NCBI GenBank assembly: GCA_032128115.1
Contig: JAQBHB010000051.1
Span: 18,629 to 82,628 of the forward strand
From: Deltaproteobacteria bacterium
GTDB lineage: Bacteria; Myxococcota_A; UBA9160; SMWR01
Reading direction: 5' to 3'
DNA length: 64,000 bases
Position 1 is the stretch's first letter. The number at the start of each line of letters is the position of its first letter. Of the stretch, positions 12,843 to 22,492 are shown in pieces. The notes under the pieces were generated by a model. The model was given only the letters and a program-made list of their open reading frames with translations. It was not told the DNA's origin and did no database searches. The position numbers were made by a program, and so were the translations under genes.

Positions 12843-13909
12843 CGAAGGTGGTCGTGCTCGGCGCGAATGGTCAGGTGGGAGCCGAGGTGTGCCTGCTGCT
12901 CGAGAAGCACGCCGACGTCACGGTAATTCCCGTGTGCCGCAATCCGGGAAGCTCGTCGTTCCTGCGCTATCACGGACTCGCCTGCCGCCACGGGATCCCC
13001 GCCGACCCGGAGCAGGCGCGCGAGCTGCTGGCAGACGCCGACGTGGTGCTGAACTTCGCATTCGTTCGCGGTCTTCCCAGTGCGACGCGCAGGGTGCACG
13101 AGGATCTCATCGCCAACTCGTTTCGCTGCTCCCCCGCCGACGCCCGCGTCATCTTCATCAGCACCCTGTCGGTCTACGGCTTTCCCACCGCCCTCGGGTT
13201 CCGACGCAACACCGCCTACGGTCGCGAGAAGCTCTTCTGCGAGGAAGTTGCGCGCCGCGAGGGGGCGCGCGCGGGAAAGCCCGTCACCATCTTCCGGCTG
13301 GGCCACGTGTGTGGCGATCTGCAGGCCATCACCGCCCGTATCCGGAGCGAGGTGGAATCGGGCCCGCTCGAGCTTCGGCAGAATGGGGACTACCCGTCGA
13401 ACACCACCTACACCGCCACCCTCGTCGAGGCGGTGCAGCTTGTGATTGCGGAAAGGGTCGCACCCGGAACCCATGATCTGGTGCGGACGCCCGAGCGCTC
13501 CTGGCGCGAGGTATACGCCTACGAGGCCGACCAGGTGGGAGCCGCGTTCCGCCAGGTGGAGCGCGCAGTGTCGGCCTCGCCCGGCCCGTTCGGGCGCGCC
13601 GTGGCCTGGCTGGGGGGGATACCGCGCCGCGCCGCCGGCGTTGCGCGGAGCTCGGTGCGGTTGCGGGACCTGACCCGCACATTGGTGTCGCGGCTGCCCG
13701 GGACGCAGAACCGCAGGTTGAACGCGATCTACAACCGGTCGCGGGCGCGGGCCGAGATCGCTGCCCTCACGCGGAGTGGAGTTGCTTTCGTGCGGCTGGC
13801 GGATCCCTGGCCGATCCGGCGCGCGCTCGACGGCCTGAGCGATCCGGCCGAACTGCGCCGCGACCCACGCTATCAGCTGCCTGAAGAGCCGGCGGGCTTC
13901 CGCGACTGA
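12839..13909 (+). CDS. NAD-dependent epimerase/dehydratase
   Basis: GANGQVG, ISTLSVYG, YGREK (YxxxK). Confidence 0.75.
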   Translation: MTKVVVLGANGQVGAEVCLLLEKHADVTVIPVCRNPGSSSFLRYHGLACRHGIPADPEQARELLADADVVLNFAFVRGLPSATRRVHEDLIANSFRCSPADARVIFISTLSVYGFPTALGFRRNTAYGREKLFCEEVARREGARAGKPVTIFRLGHVCGDLQAITARIRSEVESGPLELRQNGDYPSNTTYTATLVEAVQLVIAERVAPGTHDLVRTPERSWREVYAYEADQVGAAFRQVERAVSASPGPFGRAVAWLGGIPRRAAGVARSSVRLRDLTRTLVSRLPGTQNRRLNAIYNRSRARAEIAALTRSGVAFVRLADPWPIRRALDGLSDPAELRRDPRYQLPEEPAGFRD

Positions 13910-13919
13910 ACCCGGCGGT

Positions 13920-14792
13920 TCAGGATTCCCGCCACCACGGGATCTGGGGGAAGCGCGGCTTCCACTCGGGCAGGCACCCGATGAAGTTGGCCTCCCAGTT
14001 GGTCTCGAGCTCCCAGTGCCAGTCGGAGTAGAACTCGATGCCACGGGGCGTGACCTTGCCCACCGCGTATCCCAGATCCTGCAGGTACTCCATGGCGTCC
14101 TTGAGGTAGGCCCGCGCGGTGATCCAGCGGTGGTTGTACTCGAATTGGATCACCGGAATCCGCCGCTCGCCGAGCATCCGGCGGGCGCCCCGCAGGACCC
14201 GCAGGTCGTGACCCTCCGCGTCCACCTTCACCAGCGACACGGCGTCGATCCCGTGTTCTTCGCAGTAGTGGTCGATGGAGGTCAGCTGGATGCGCTCCAT
14301 GACGAAGTCCTCGGGCGTGGTCGAGTGGCGGTAGACCGAGTTGGCACCGCCGCGGCCCGAGACGAAGAGCTCGAGCTCGCCGGGCTCGTCGGACATGCCG
14401 AGCTTCACCGGCTGGACGCGGGCTGAATCCGGAAAGGTCGCGATCTTTTCCAGCAGGATTCCGTGGTTCCGCTGCGAGGGTTCGAAGCAGTGCACTTCGA
14501 ACCCGGACAGGTCGGCGCCGGCGGTCCGCAGCAGGCTGTCGGTCCACCAGCCCCGGTAGGCCCCCACGTCGAAGATCACCACGGGTTTGTCCAGGCCGGC
14601 CTCGAGTACCGTGCGCTGGACCATGGCCTCCCCGTTGTCGCCGATGGACGTGGCCGCGTCGAGGCGTCCCTCAGTGAGCAGGAAGCGGGCGAACCGGACC
14701 ATGTTGCGGCGGCCCAGCAGCGTCCAGAAGGTCCGGGACAGGGCTCGCTTGAACAACCGGTTCGTCACGGGCGGCTGCGGCGGCCCGTTCAC
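13920..14792 (-). CDS. FkbM family methyltransferase
   Basis: FDVGAYRG, FEP, KVDAEGHDLRVLRG, IQFEY. Confidence 0.87.
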   Translation of the reverse strand: MNGPPQPPVTNRLFKRALSRTFWTLLGRRNMVRFARFLLTEGRLDAATSIGDNGEAMVQRTVLEAGLDKPVVIFDVGAYRGWWTDSLLRTAGADLSGFEVHCFEPSQRNHGILLEKIATFPDSARVQPVKLGMSDEPGELELFVSGRGGANSVYRHSTTPEDFVMERIQLTSIDHYCEEHGIDAVSLVKVDAEGHDLRVLRGARRMLGERRIPVIQFEYNHRWITARAYLKDAMEYLQDLGYAVGKVTPRGIEFYSDWHWELETNWEANFIGCLPEWKPRFPQIPWWRES

Positions 14793-15343
14793 GACTTTTC
14801 CGCCAGCAGGCCCTGGATCACGTAAGCGGCCTCGACCAGATCATCGACCACGTGGTTGGCGGCGGCCCCGTGGCTCGCATCCGTCTCGGCCCCGTATCCC
14901 GTTCGCACCAGCAGCGTGGTTGCGCCCAGGGCGCGGCCCAGCGCAACGTCGCTGGCCATGTCGCCCACCACGAAGCATTCGGACGCGTCGAAGCGGAGCT
15001 TTTTCGCCGCCTGTTCGACCAGGCCCGTGCGGGGCTTGCGGCAGTCGCAGCCCTCGTCGGGAAGATGGGGACAGTAGTAGATGGCGTCGAGCTCGACCCC
15101 AAAGGCTTCGAGTTGTTCGGTCATCCGCCGGTGGATCTCGTCCAGTCGCGGCGGATCGATCATGCCGCGAGCCACCGCGGACTGGTTGGTCACGACCACG
15201 AGGCCCAGGCCCAGGTCGGCGAGCTTGCGCAGCCCCGGTCCGGCCTCCGCAAGCAGCTCCACCGCATCCGGGTCGGACAGATGATGCTTCTCCACGATGA
15301 TCGTGCCATCGCGGTCCAGCAGAACGAAGCGACGTTGGCTCAT
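14789..15343 (-). CDS. gmhB: D,D-heptose 1,7-bisphosphate phosphatase (HAD-IIIA)
   Basis: DRDGT, TNQS, CPH...CDCRKP, VGD. Confidence 0.88.
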   Translation of the reverse strand: MSQRRFVLLDRDGTIIVEKHHLSDPDAVELLAEAGPGLRKLADLGLGLVVVTNQSAVARGMIDPPRLDEIHRRMTEQLEAFGVELDAIYYCPHLPDEGCDCRKPRTGLVEQAAKKLRFDASECFVVGDMASDVALGRALGATTLLVRTGYGAETDASHGAAANHVVDDLVEAAYVIQGLLAEKS

Positions 15344-15404
15344 GCGGGCCTCATGGGGAGGCGAGCAACATACGGTGTGCCCTTCCGGGTGTCTAGTTCG
15401 GGGA

Positions 15405-15433
15405 ACTTCGCTCGCCTGCGGCTCGCTGCGCGC
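15405..15433 (-). repeat. 29-bp dispersed REP-like repeat, copy 1 (GCGCGCAGCGAGCCGCAGGCGAGCGAAGT)
   Basis: Near-identical copies at 32400 and 35758; lies in a divergent intergenic gap. Confidence 0.75.
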
Positions 15434-15525
15434 GGGCCTGCTGGCCCGCTTGCGTGTCCCGGCTGCGACAGGCGGGGGCTGCGGTGGGGACGTGACCGCG
15501 TGCGCGGGGTAGCATCCGGCGCGGG

Positions 15526-16236
15526 ATGAAGGCGTTTCTGCTGGCGGCCGGCCTCGGCACGCGCATGGGTGACATCACGCGGGTGATGCCCAAGTGCCTG
15601 TTGCCCATCGCCGGAACGCCGCTCCTGGGACACTGGTTGCAACAGCTGGCAGGGTGCGGCGTGGACGCGGTGCTGGTGAACACGCACCACCTGGCGCCGC
15701 AGGTCCGCGACTATGTGCAGACCTCGAACCCGTCACTCCGGGTGCAGCTCGCCCACGAGGAGCAGCTGCGGGGAAGTGCGGGCACATTGGCCGCGAACCG
15801 CGATTTCGTCGCCGCTGACGAGCCCTTCCTGGTGGCCTACGCGGACAACGCCTCCCGGGTCGACCTGGCCGCACTGGTGCGAGCGCATCGGCCCGGCGAT
15901 GCGGCGACCCTGGGCCTGTTCCAGGTCGAAAACCCGCGTGCGTGCGGGATCGTGGAGCTCGACGCCGAGGGCAACGTGGTGGACTTCACCGAGAAGCCCG
16001 AGCGGCCCCGCTCGGATCTGGCGTGGGCGGGTCTGCTGATGGGCACGCGTGCGCTGCTTGACGCGATTCCTGCCAGCGTGCCGTGCGATCTGGGACACGA
16101 CGTGCTTCCGGGCCTGGTGGGACGGATGCGCGGCGTCGTGATCGAGGGCTACCACCGCGACGTGGGAACTCCGGAGAGCTACCGGCGGGCCTGTGCCGAC
16201 TTCGAGCAGTTCGAGCGAACCCGGGCGACGCGATGA
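15526..16236 (+). CDS. Sugar-1-phosphate nucleotidyltransferase (HddC-like)
   Basis: LAAGLGTRM, PKCLLPI, EKP, DVGTPESY; heptose genes in the locus. Confidence 0.82.
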   Translation: MKAFLLAAGLGTRMGDITRVMPKCLLPIAGTPLLGHWLQQLAGCGVDAVLVNTHHLAPQVRDYVQTSNPSLRVQLAHEEQLRGSAGTLAANRDFVAADEPFLVAYADNASRVDLAALVRAHRPGDAATLGLFQVENPRACGIVELDAEGNVVDFTEKPERPRSDLAWAGLLMGTRALLDAIPASVPCDLGHDVLPGLVGRMRGVVIEGYHRDVGTPESYRRACADFEQFERTRATR

Positions 16237-17441
16237 GGCCCGCGAAGAGCGACGCCTCGTTCCTCCCGATCGTCCGGCTCGAGAACCCGGTTCGCGAATA
16301 CGACTGGGGCTCGCATCGCGCCATCGCGGAGCTGCGGGGCGAGCCGGCGCCAACCGACGAGCCCCAGGCCGAACTCTGGATGGGTGCCCATCCGTTGGCG
16401 CCCTCGCGTGTGGTGCTCGAATCCGAAGAGGTCTCGCTTCTGGAATGGATCGATCGCCAGCCGGTCGAGGTGCTGGGGGCGCGCGTCTGCGAGCGCTTCG
16501 GTGCGCGGCTGCCATTCCTGTTCAAGGTGCTCGCCGCCGAAAGACCGCTCTCGATCCAGGCGCATCCCGACGCGGACCAGGCGCGCGACGGCTTTGCGCG
16601 CGAGAACGAGCGTGGAATTCCCCTGTCCCATCGCGAACGCAACTACCGCGACGCGAGCCACAAGCCGGAGCTGATCTGCGCACTCTCCGACTTCTCGGCC
16701 CTGTGCGGCTTTCGCAGACTCGACACCCTGCGAAGCCTGCTCGAGAGCGTGGGGGCGGCCGACCTGGTGCCGGCGGGGGAGGGGGGCGATGCGCTCCGGG
16801 GCTTCTTCCGCGGGCTGCTGGAGATGGCGCCCGATCGTCGCGCCGCGCGCGTGGCCGAGATCGCGGGTTTGGCCGCCCCGCTCGCGCCACGGGACGCGGC
16901 CTTCGCGTGGCTGGTGCGCCTCCAGGAGACCCATCCGGGCGATCCCGGTGTCCTGGCTCCGCTCTACCTGAACCCGGTAACGCTTTCGGCGGGACAGGCG
17001 ATGTTCCTTCCGGCGGGCGAGTTGCACTGCTACCTGCAGGGCGTGGCCATCGAGCTGATGGCCAACTCGGACAACGTCTTGCGCGGTGGACTCACGTCGA
17101 AGCACGTGGACCCGGGCGAGCTGCTGAGCGTGCTGCGGTTCACGGAGTCGCGTGTGGAGGTGCTGGATCCGTCGGCTCCCGGCCCGCGGGTGCGCTACGA
17201 CACGCCGGCCCGGGAATTCGTGCTTTCGCGACTGCGGATTCGCGAGGGTGAGCCGTTCGAGAGCGCGGAAGAGCGCAGCGTCGAGATCCTGCTCTGCACC
17301 GGAGGTGGGATCCGCATCGTCGCGCCCCACGGCGAACCGCTGGCGCTGCGCCGGGGCGAGAGCGGTCTGATACCCGCGGCCGCCGGGCGCTACCGCCTGG
17401 AGGGCCGGGGGACCGCCTATTGCGCCGGGGTTCCCGACTGA
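16233..17441 (+). CDS. manA: Mannose-6-phosphate isomerase, class I
   Basis: YDWGS, AELWMGAHP, LFKVL, LSIQAHP, HKPE, MANSDNVLRGGLT. Confidence 0.93.
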   Translation: MRPAKSDASFLPIVRLENPVREYDWGSHRAIAELRGEPAPTDEPQAELWMGAHPLAPSRVVLESEEVSLLEWIDRQPVEVLGARVCERFGARLPFLFKVLAAERPLSIQAHPDADQARDGFARENERGIPLSHRERNYRDASHKPELICALSDFSALCGFRRLDTLRSLLESVGAADLVPAGEGGDALRGFFRGLLEMAPDRRAARVAEIAGLAAPLAPRDAAFAWLVRLQETHPGDPGVLAPLYLNPVTLSAGQAMFLPAGELHCYLQGVAIELMANSDNVLRGGLTSKHVDPGELLSVLRFTESRVEVLDPSAPGPRVRYDTPAREFVLSRLRIREGEPFESAEERSVEILLCTGGGIRIVAPHGEPLALRRGESGLIPAAAGRYRLEGRGTAYCAGVPD

Positions 17442-18190
17442 TCGGAAGATCCGTCCTTCTCCGCCAGCACGAACACGTCCCAGGCGCCGTTCGGGTGAAA
17501 GCGCCAGAGCGACGCATCCAGGGCCGCCAGCACGCGTCCGGCAGCACTCCCCACCAGATCGATCACGCGCCCGTTGAGAATCCACTTGCCGCGCTTCTGC
17601 ACGACCCGCATGCCGCCCTCGCGAAGCATGTCCTCGATCTGTGCCGGGGTCGCGGCGTGCTCGCGATCGAAGCGTCCGTAGAGGAGCGACGCGGCGTTCC
17701 GGAAGTTGAACAGGAAGCGCCCTCCGGGCTTGAGCACACGCGCCACCTCCAGGATCGCCGCCCTTTGATCCGAAAGCTCGCTGAAGCGGGGAATCACGTG
17801 GATGCTGTAGGCGAAGTCGACGGAGCCGCTCTCGAAGCCCAGGTGGAAGATGTCCGCGACGGCCAGCTCACACGAGCCGGGCAGGCCGAGGCCGCTCAAT
17901 TTCTTCTCGAGCTCCGCCAGCAGGCTCTCGTTGAAATCCGTTGCCGTGACGTGGAACCCGCGCTCCAGCACCGGAATCGTGAATCGCCCGGTGCCGGCTC
18001 CCAGTTCCACCACCTTCATGGAGCCCTGCGCCTCGGGGAACATGGAGCGGAACAGGCGCAGATCGTGGCGTGTCAGGATGGTGCCGCGCGGGCTCCGGAT
18101 GCGCAGATCGTCGTACTCCGCCCCCGATTGCGAGTAGCGATCGCCGACCTGCTGTCTGGATTCGGGAACTTGTCGGGTGTCCTGGGTCAC
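17417..18190 (-). CDS. Class I SAM-dependent methyltransferase
   Basis: ELGAGTGRF, RVLKPGG; GTGA coupling to upstream sulfotransferase; 25-bp convergent overlap with manA. Confidence 0.82.
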   Translation of the reverse strand: MTQDTRQVPESRQQVGDRYSQSGAEYDDLRIRSPRGTILTRHDLRLFRSMFPEAQGSMKVVELGAGTGRFTIPVLERGFHVTATDFNESLLAELEKKLSGLGLPGSCELAVADIFHLGFESGSVDFAYSIHVIPRFSELSDQRAAILEVARVLKPGGRFLFNFRNAASLLYGRFDREHAATPAQIEDMLREGGMRVVQKRGKWILNGRVIDLVGSAAGRVLAALDASLWRFHPNGAWDVFVLAEKDGSSDQSGTPAQ

Positions 18191-19095
18191 GTGGGATTCG
18201 CCGGAGATCGGGGCGCTGGAGCATACCCCAGCCTGCTGCAGACCGGCCCGATCCGTTCTGCGATGGCCGACCACTCCGCGCCGGTGGGTTCCACTTCCGC
18301 GTACACCGGATGCTCGGGATCCAGGTAGCGGCACCCGAATTCCACCAGGGCTTGCGGGTCTTCGACCTCGCAGAACTCGGCCAGTCGCTTCACGGAGTCG
18401 GCCGGCTCCCGCAGCAGATTCTCGTAGCGAACCTGGAGCCAGCGGTCGGGCGGGAGCCTCTCCAGATCGTCGAGCGCGATCTCCAGCATGCGCTGCCACT
18501 GGAAGGCCGCAACCTCGGCCCGGGAGTGGGAGTCGCGAAAGGCATCGAGCCCGGGGACGATCGGCCCCCACGAGGCGGGGCGTCCCTCGAGCAGACCGTG
18601 CAGCTGGTTGCGAACGAAGCGCAGCGCCAGCCGGGGCAGGGTGTGGATCTGGAGATGGGCGCGCTTGCGGGCGATGGCGGCGCCCAGCGTGTCTGCCGCC
18701 CGGCCCCACCAGTAGGTCATCTCGGGGATCGCCCCGATCGGGTCGCGGACGACGTGGACGATGCGGGCCTCGGGAAGCACGCGCAGAACGAACGGGATGC
18801 GCAGGGCGTGGTACGCCAGGTCGTCCAGGTAACGCGAACCACTGCCGCGCTCCACCGCCCGGTGGCACGCGCGACGGATCCGGTGTCGGACGCGGTCGTT
18901 GGCGTCGGCCTCGGTTCGCCGATCGTCCGGGCGCCCGCCCATCCCGATGTCCCAGATGGGACCGGGTTCCGAGAGCAGGGTGAACTCGGATGCGTGTCGG
19001 AGCAGGTGCGACAGGCAGGTCTTTCCAGAACGGGGCGTTCCCGTGATCAGGATCGGTCGATCGAACTGGAACGAATCACCTTCGGACCGCGGCAC
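18187..19095 (-). CDS. Sulfotransferase
   Basis: ITGTPRSGKT (5'-PSB-like), HVVRDP, VRYENL. Confidence 0.82.
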   Translation of the reverse strand: MPRSEGDSFQFDRPILITGTPRSGKTCLSHLLRHASEFTLLSEPGPIWDIGMGGRPDDRRTEADANDRVRHRIRRACHRAVERGSGSRYLDDLAYHALRIPFVLRVLPEARIVHVVRDPIGAIPEMTYWWGRAADTLGAAIARKRAHLQIHTLPRLALRFVRNQLHGLLEGRPASWGPIVPGLDAFRDSHSRAEVAAFQWQRMLEIALDDLERLPPDRWLQVRYENLLREPADSVKRLAEFCEVEDPQALVEFGCRYLDPEHPVYAEVEPTGAEWSAIAERIGPVCSRLGYAPAPRSPANPT

Positions 19096-19266
19096 GGGCT
19101 GGCAGGGTAACCCGTCGCACTCTGCACTGCATCGCGCGACTCGAGCGTTTCGAACCGGAACGGCGCCGCAGACTGCCGCGCCCCGAGCATGCGCTTTCGT
19201 TATGTGTCAGGCTCCTCCCCCGGCGACGTCCTGTGTCGCGAAGCGTCCACGAGGAGCCAGCTCCGC

Positions 19267-20625
19267 ATGGCAGTCTTCCGCGGCAGGGACCTGGGTCGAG
19301 CCGTGCCCCTGATGCGCGAAAGCGTCTGGGTCCTGATCGGACAGGCCGGTGTGCTGGTGGGCGGCCTGGTGGGAATCCGCCTGATCACGGGCGTCGTGCC
19401 GCCCGCCGTCTACGGCGACGCGGCGTTGCTGCTGGGTGTCGTCGCGCTGGCCAGCAGCGTGTTCTGCGCGCCGTTCCTCCAGGGAGCGATCCGGTTCTAC
19501 TCCCGCGCGCGGGACGCCGGCAGCGTGGCGCCGTTCCGGGCGGTGGTAGAGAGCCTCCTGGGCCGCGCCGTGGGCATCGCGGTCGCACTGCTCCTGGCCG
19601 GGGGTGCGGTGTGGGTGTGGCTGGGAGACTCGGGCGTGGGCTTCGGCACGTTCCTGTTGGCCGGCGCATTGCTGTGTCTCAACGTGCTGCGCCTGATGGA
19701 GGCGGGGCTGCTCAACGCCGCACGACGCCGCAGGCACCACGGTTTGTGGAACGCCTTCGACGCGTGGGCGCGGCCGGCCGCCGTGATCGGGTTCGTCCTG
19801 TGGCTGGGACCTACCGTTCCTGTTCTGATGCTCGGGTACGTGGTCGGCGCGCTGGTCTCGAACCTCGCGTTCCGGCGCAACCTGATTCGCGGCGATCTCG
19901 AAGCCAGCCGATCGCTGGATCCCGATTGGTCGGATTCGCTGCGGCGCGACCTGATGCGCTTCGCGATTCCCCTGGCTCCCATCGCCGTGCTCATGTGGAT
20001 CTCGAGCCTCAGCGATCGCTATGTACTGGCCGCGCTCGCCGGGTCGGATGCCGCCGGGCTCTACGTCGCGGCGTACGGTCTCTCGAGTCGCCCGTTTCTC
20101 GCGTTCGCTGGAATCGCGAACATCACGTTCCTGCCACTCCTCTACGACGCGGTCGCGCGCGGCGACGTTCGCCGCGAACGTCAGGTGGTGCTGTCGTGGT
20201 TGGGGCTGCTGGCTGCGGGCATGCTGGCGGGGGTCGCGCTGGTGATCGTGCTCCAGAACGAGATCGTGCGGCTGGCCCTGGGGGAGCGCTACTGGGGAGC
20301 TGCCTCGCTGATGCCCTGGATCGCCGGCGCCTATGCGTTCTGGGGTGGGCAACAACTGTTCGAGTGCCTGATCTACGCCCACAGCCGGACGCGCCTGCTG
20401 AGCGTGTCCCACGGCATCGCCGCCGTCTCCTCCCTCACCTTGTACGCCGTGCTGATCCCCCGCATGGGTGCTCCGGGCGCCGCGATCGGAACCTTCTGTG
20501 CCCTGGGCATCACCTGCTGCGTCACGTTCTTCCTGTCGGGCGCTCCGGCCCTGATCGCCGGGCACCGGGGCGGCGGCGCGCCCTCTGGTGGGTCCGTACC
20601 CGAGGTCGGGCCCGCGCCCGAGTGA
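19267..20625 (+). CDS. Wzx-type oligosaccharide flippase
   Basis: Many TM helices, SDRYVL, GLYVAAY, LIPRMGAPGAA; start uncertain (19189-19312). Confidence 0.8.
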   Translation: MAVFRGRDLGRAVPLMRESVWVLIGQAGVLVGGLVGIRLITGVVPPAVYGDAALLLGVVALASSVFCAPFLQGAIRFYSRARDAGSVAPFRAVVESLLGRAVGIAVALLLAGGAVWVWLGDSGVGFGTFLLAGALLCLNVLRLMEAGLLNAARRRRHHGLWNAFDAWARPAAVIGFVLWLGPTVPVLMLGYVVGALVSNLAFRRNLIRGDLEASRSLDPDWSDSLRRDLMRFAIPLAPIAVLMWISSLSDRYVLAALAGSDAAGLYVAAYGLSSRPFLAFAGIANITFLPLLYDAVARGDVRRERQVVLSWLGLLAAGMLAGVALVIVLQNEIVRLALGERYWGAASLMPWIAGAYAFWGGQQLFECLIYAHSRTRLLSVSHGIAAVSSLTLYAVLIPRMGAPGAAIGTFCALGITCCVTFFLSGAPALIAGHRGGGAPSGGSVPEVGPAPE

Positions 20626-20710
20626 CGGGTGGTTTCCGCGTCGCCAAGCCCAGGAGCGGCTGGTACACTCGGCCGACCTTCCCGCCGACCAGCTCGAGGA
20701 CCCGTTCATC

Positions 20711-22492
20711 GTGAGTTTTCGACCCACAGGGGTCCGGCGCCGACCGGTCGCTTCCGTTGTCGCATCGGCTCTCGGCATCGCCCTGGCGGGAGGAGCCACG
20801 GTCGGGATCGGCCTGGCCGGGTGGATCGCCTGGCAGAACGGTTGGGAATTTGGCGCCGATGCTGCGTTGCTCTCGGTGCACCTGGGCGGGCTCTACAGTC
20901 TGGTGTTCGCCGCCGGCCTGGTTCCCGTGGCCGTGCTGTCGGTGCTGGTGGGCTGGCGCCCGGGACTGCGAGTGTTCTTCGGACTGTGGGTCGCCTTTTG
21001 CGTGCTCCTGAACGGGGCGCTCCGCTTCAGCCAGGTGGTGCAGTTGGCGTCGGTGACGCCGCACATGAACGCGGTGGGAATCGCGGACGCGTTCGCGCTG
21101 GTGGTGGCCGCGGGCCTGCTGGCCGTTGCGATCGCCGCTGGGGGGCTTTCCCGTCTGGGGCTGGCGTTGCTGCTGTTGGCCGCGCTCGAGGTGGGCAACG
21201 CCGCGCTCGAACGTCCCCTCGTGCGGAACCTCACGGAGCGGGTGGACCCGCTGCTCGCAACGGGTACGCCTGCGCCGGTGAACGAGGCGCTCGATCCCTT
21301 CGACGCCCGGCTGGTGCTGATCGGCTTCGACGGCGTCTCCTGGGAGATGCTGCTGCCCCTGTTGGAGCGCGGCGAGCTGCCGGGCTTCCGCCGCCTGCTC
21401 GCGGGCGCCGCCTACGGATACCTGGAGACGATTCCCTTCAGCGTGTCGCCCGTGGTGTGGGAGACCATTTCCACCGGGCAGGACCCGGAGAAACACGGGA
21501 TCGGCTGGCATGCCCACTTCGAGTTCGCCGGCGTGGGGGAGCCCGTGCGGCGGCTTCCGTACTTCCGCCTGCGCAAGTCGCCCATGGGAATCCGCAGCCT
21601 GCTGGTGGCCACTGCCGGCCGGGGTCCCTGGCCCTGGAATCGCGTGCCCGCCGAGTCCACCGATGCGAAGGTGGCCCGGCTGTGGGAGATCGCCTCGCGC
21701 AACGATCTCTCGGTGGGGGTCTACCGCTGGATGAACACCGCGCCGGTGACACCGGTGGATGGCTTCATGGACGGCTACGGGGTGTCGACGCCCCTGATCT
21801 ACCCGCCGGGCGCCGAAGAAGGGCTCCCGGCCGTGGCGGACCCGCCTCTGGGGCTACGGCCCGGGCTCGACTACACCGCGTCGCAGCTCCCCCACGAAGA
21901 GAGCCACTTCGAGCGCTTCGTGGAGCTCAGCCTGCGTTACCAGCCGGACGTGTTGCTTTACTACACCCACTACGCGGACGCGTCCCACCACCTGAACTGG
22001 AAGGCCGACGTGGTGGGGGATTCGCTCGTCCACTCGGGCCTGACCCACCCGGACTTCGAGCCCGGCGAGGCCATTTCGTACAGCTACCGCCAGATCGATC
22101 GCTTCCTGTTGGACATCCTGGATCGCCTGCCGCCGGATGCCTTCGTGGCGCTGGTGTCGGATCACGGATTCGACCTGCGGGGCTACGAGCACGACAACGC
22201 GCCGCCGGGAGTGATCATCGTGCGCGGCCCGGGCGTGAAGCCCGGACCGATTTCGGGCGCGCGGATCCACGACGTCGCGCCGACGCTGTTGCACCTGCTG
22301 GACCTGCCCGTCGCCGACGACATGGACGGCGTGGTCCTGGGCCTGGCCGAGCCCTCCGGGCCCCTGGATCGCCAGATGAAGCGGGTGGCAACCTACGGCC
22401 CTGCCGCGACCCCGGCCGAAGCCGGGGCGATCGACCCCAAGGACCTGGAGGAGCACGAGGACTATCTCAAGGCCCTGGGGTACATGAACTAG
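20711..22492 (+). CDS. Membrane-anchored alkaline phosphatase superfamily protein (nucleotide pyrophosphatase/phosphodiesterase-like)
   Basis: N-terminal TM bundle, then LIGFDG, SPVVWETISTG, VSDHGF, DVAPTLL, LKALGY; start uncertain. Confidence 0.8.
   Translation: MSFRPTGVRRRPVASVVASALGIALAGGATVGIGLAGWIAWQNGWEFGADAALLSVHLGGLYSLVFAAGLVPVAVLSVLVGWRPGLRVFFGLWVAFCVLLNGALRFSQVVQLASVTPHMNAVGIADAFALVVAAGLLAVAIAAGGLSRLGLALLLLAALEVGNAALERPLVRNLTERVDPLLATGTPAPVNEALDPFDARLVLIGFDGVSWEMLLPLLERGELPGFRRLLAGAAYGYLETIPFSVSPVVWETISTGQDPEKHGIGWHAHFEFAGVGEPVRRLPYFRLRKSPMGIRSLLVATAGRGPWPWNRVPAESTDAKVARLWEIASRNDLSVGVYRWMNTAPVTPVDGFMDGYGVSTPLIYPPGAEEGLPAVADPPLGLRPGLDYTASQLPHEESHFERFVELSLRYQPDVLLYYTHYADASHHLNWKADVVGDSLVHSGLTHPDFEPGEAISYSYRQIDRFLLDILDRLPPDAFVALVSDHGFDLRGYEHDNAPPGVIIVRGPGVKPGPISGARIHDVAPTLLHLLDLPVADDMDGVVLGLAEPSGPLDRQMKRVATYGPAATPAEAGAIDPKDLEEHEDYLKALGYMN

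Noticed and set aside
13907..13922. TGAACC-CGGC-GGTTCA hairpin between convergent stops
   Set aside because: 6-bp stem without a U-tract; too weak to call a terminator
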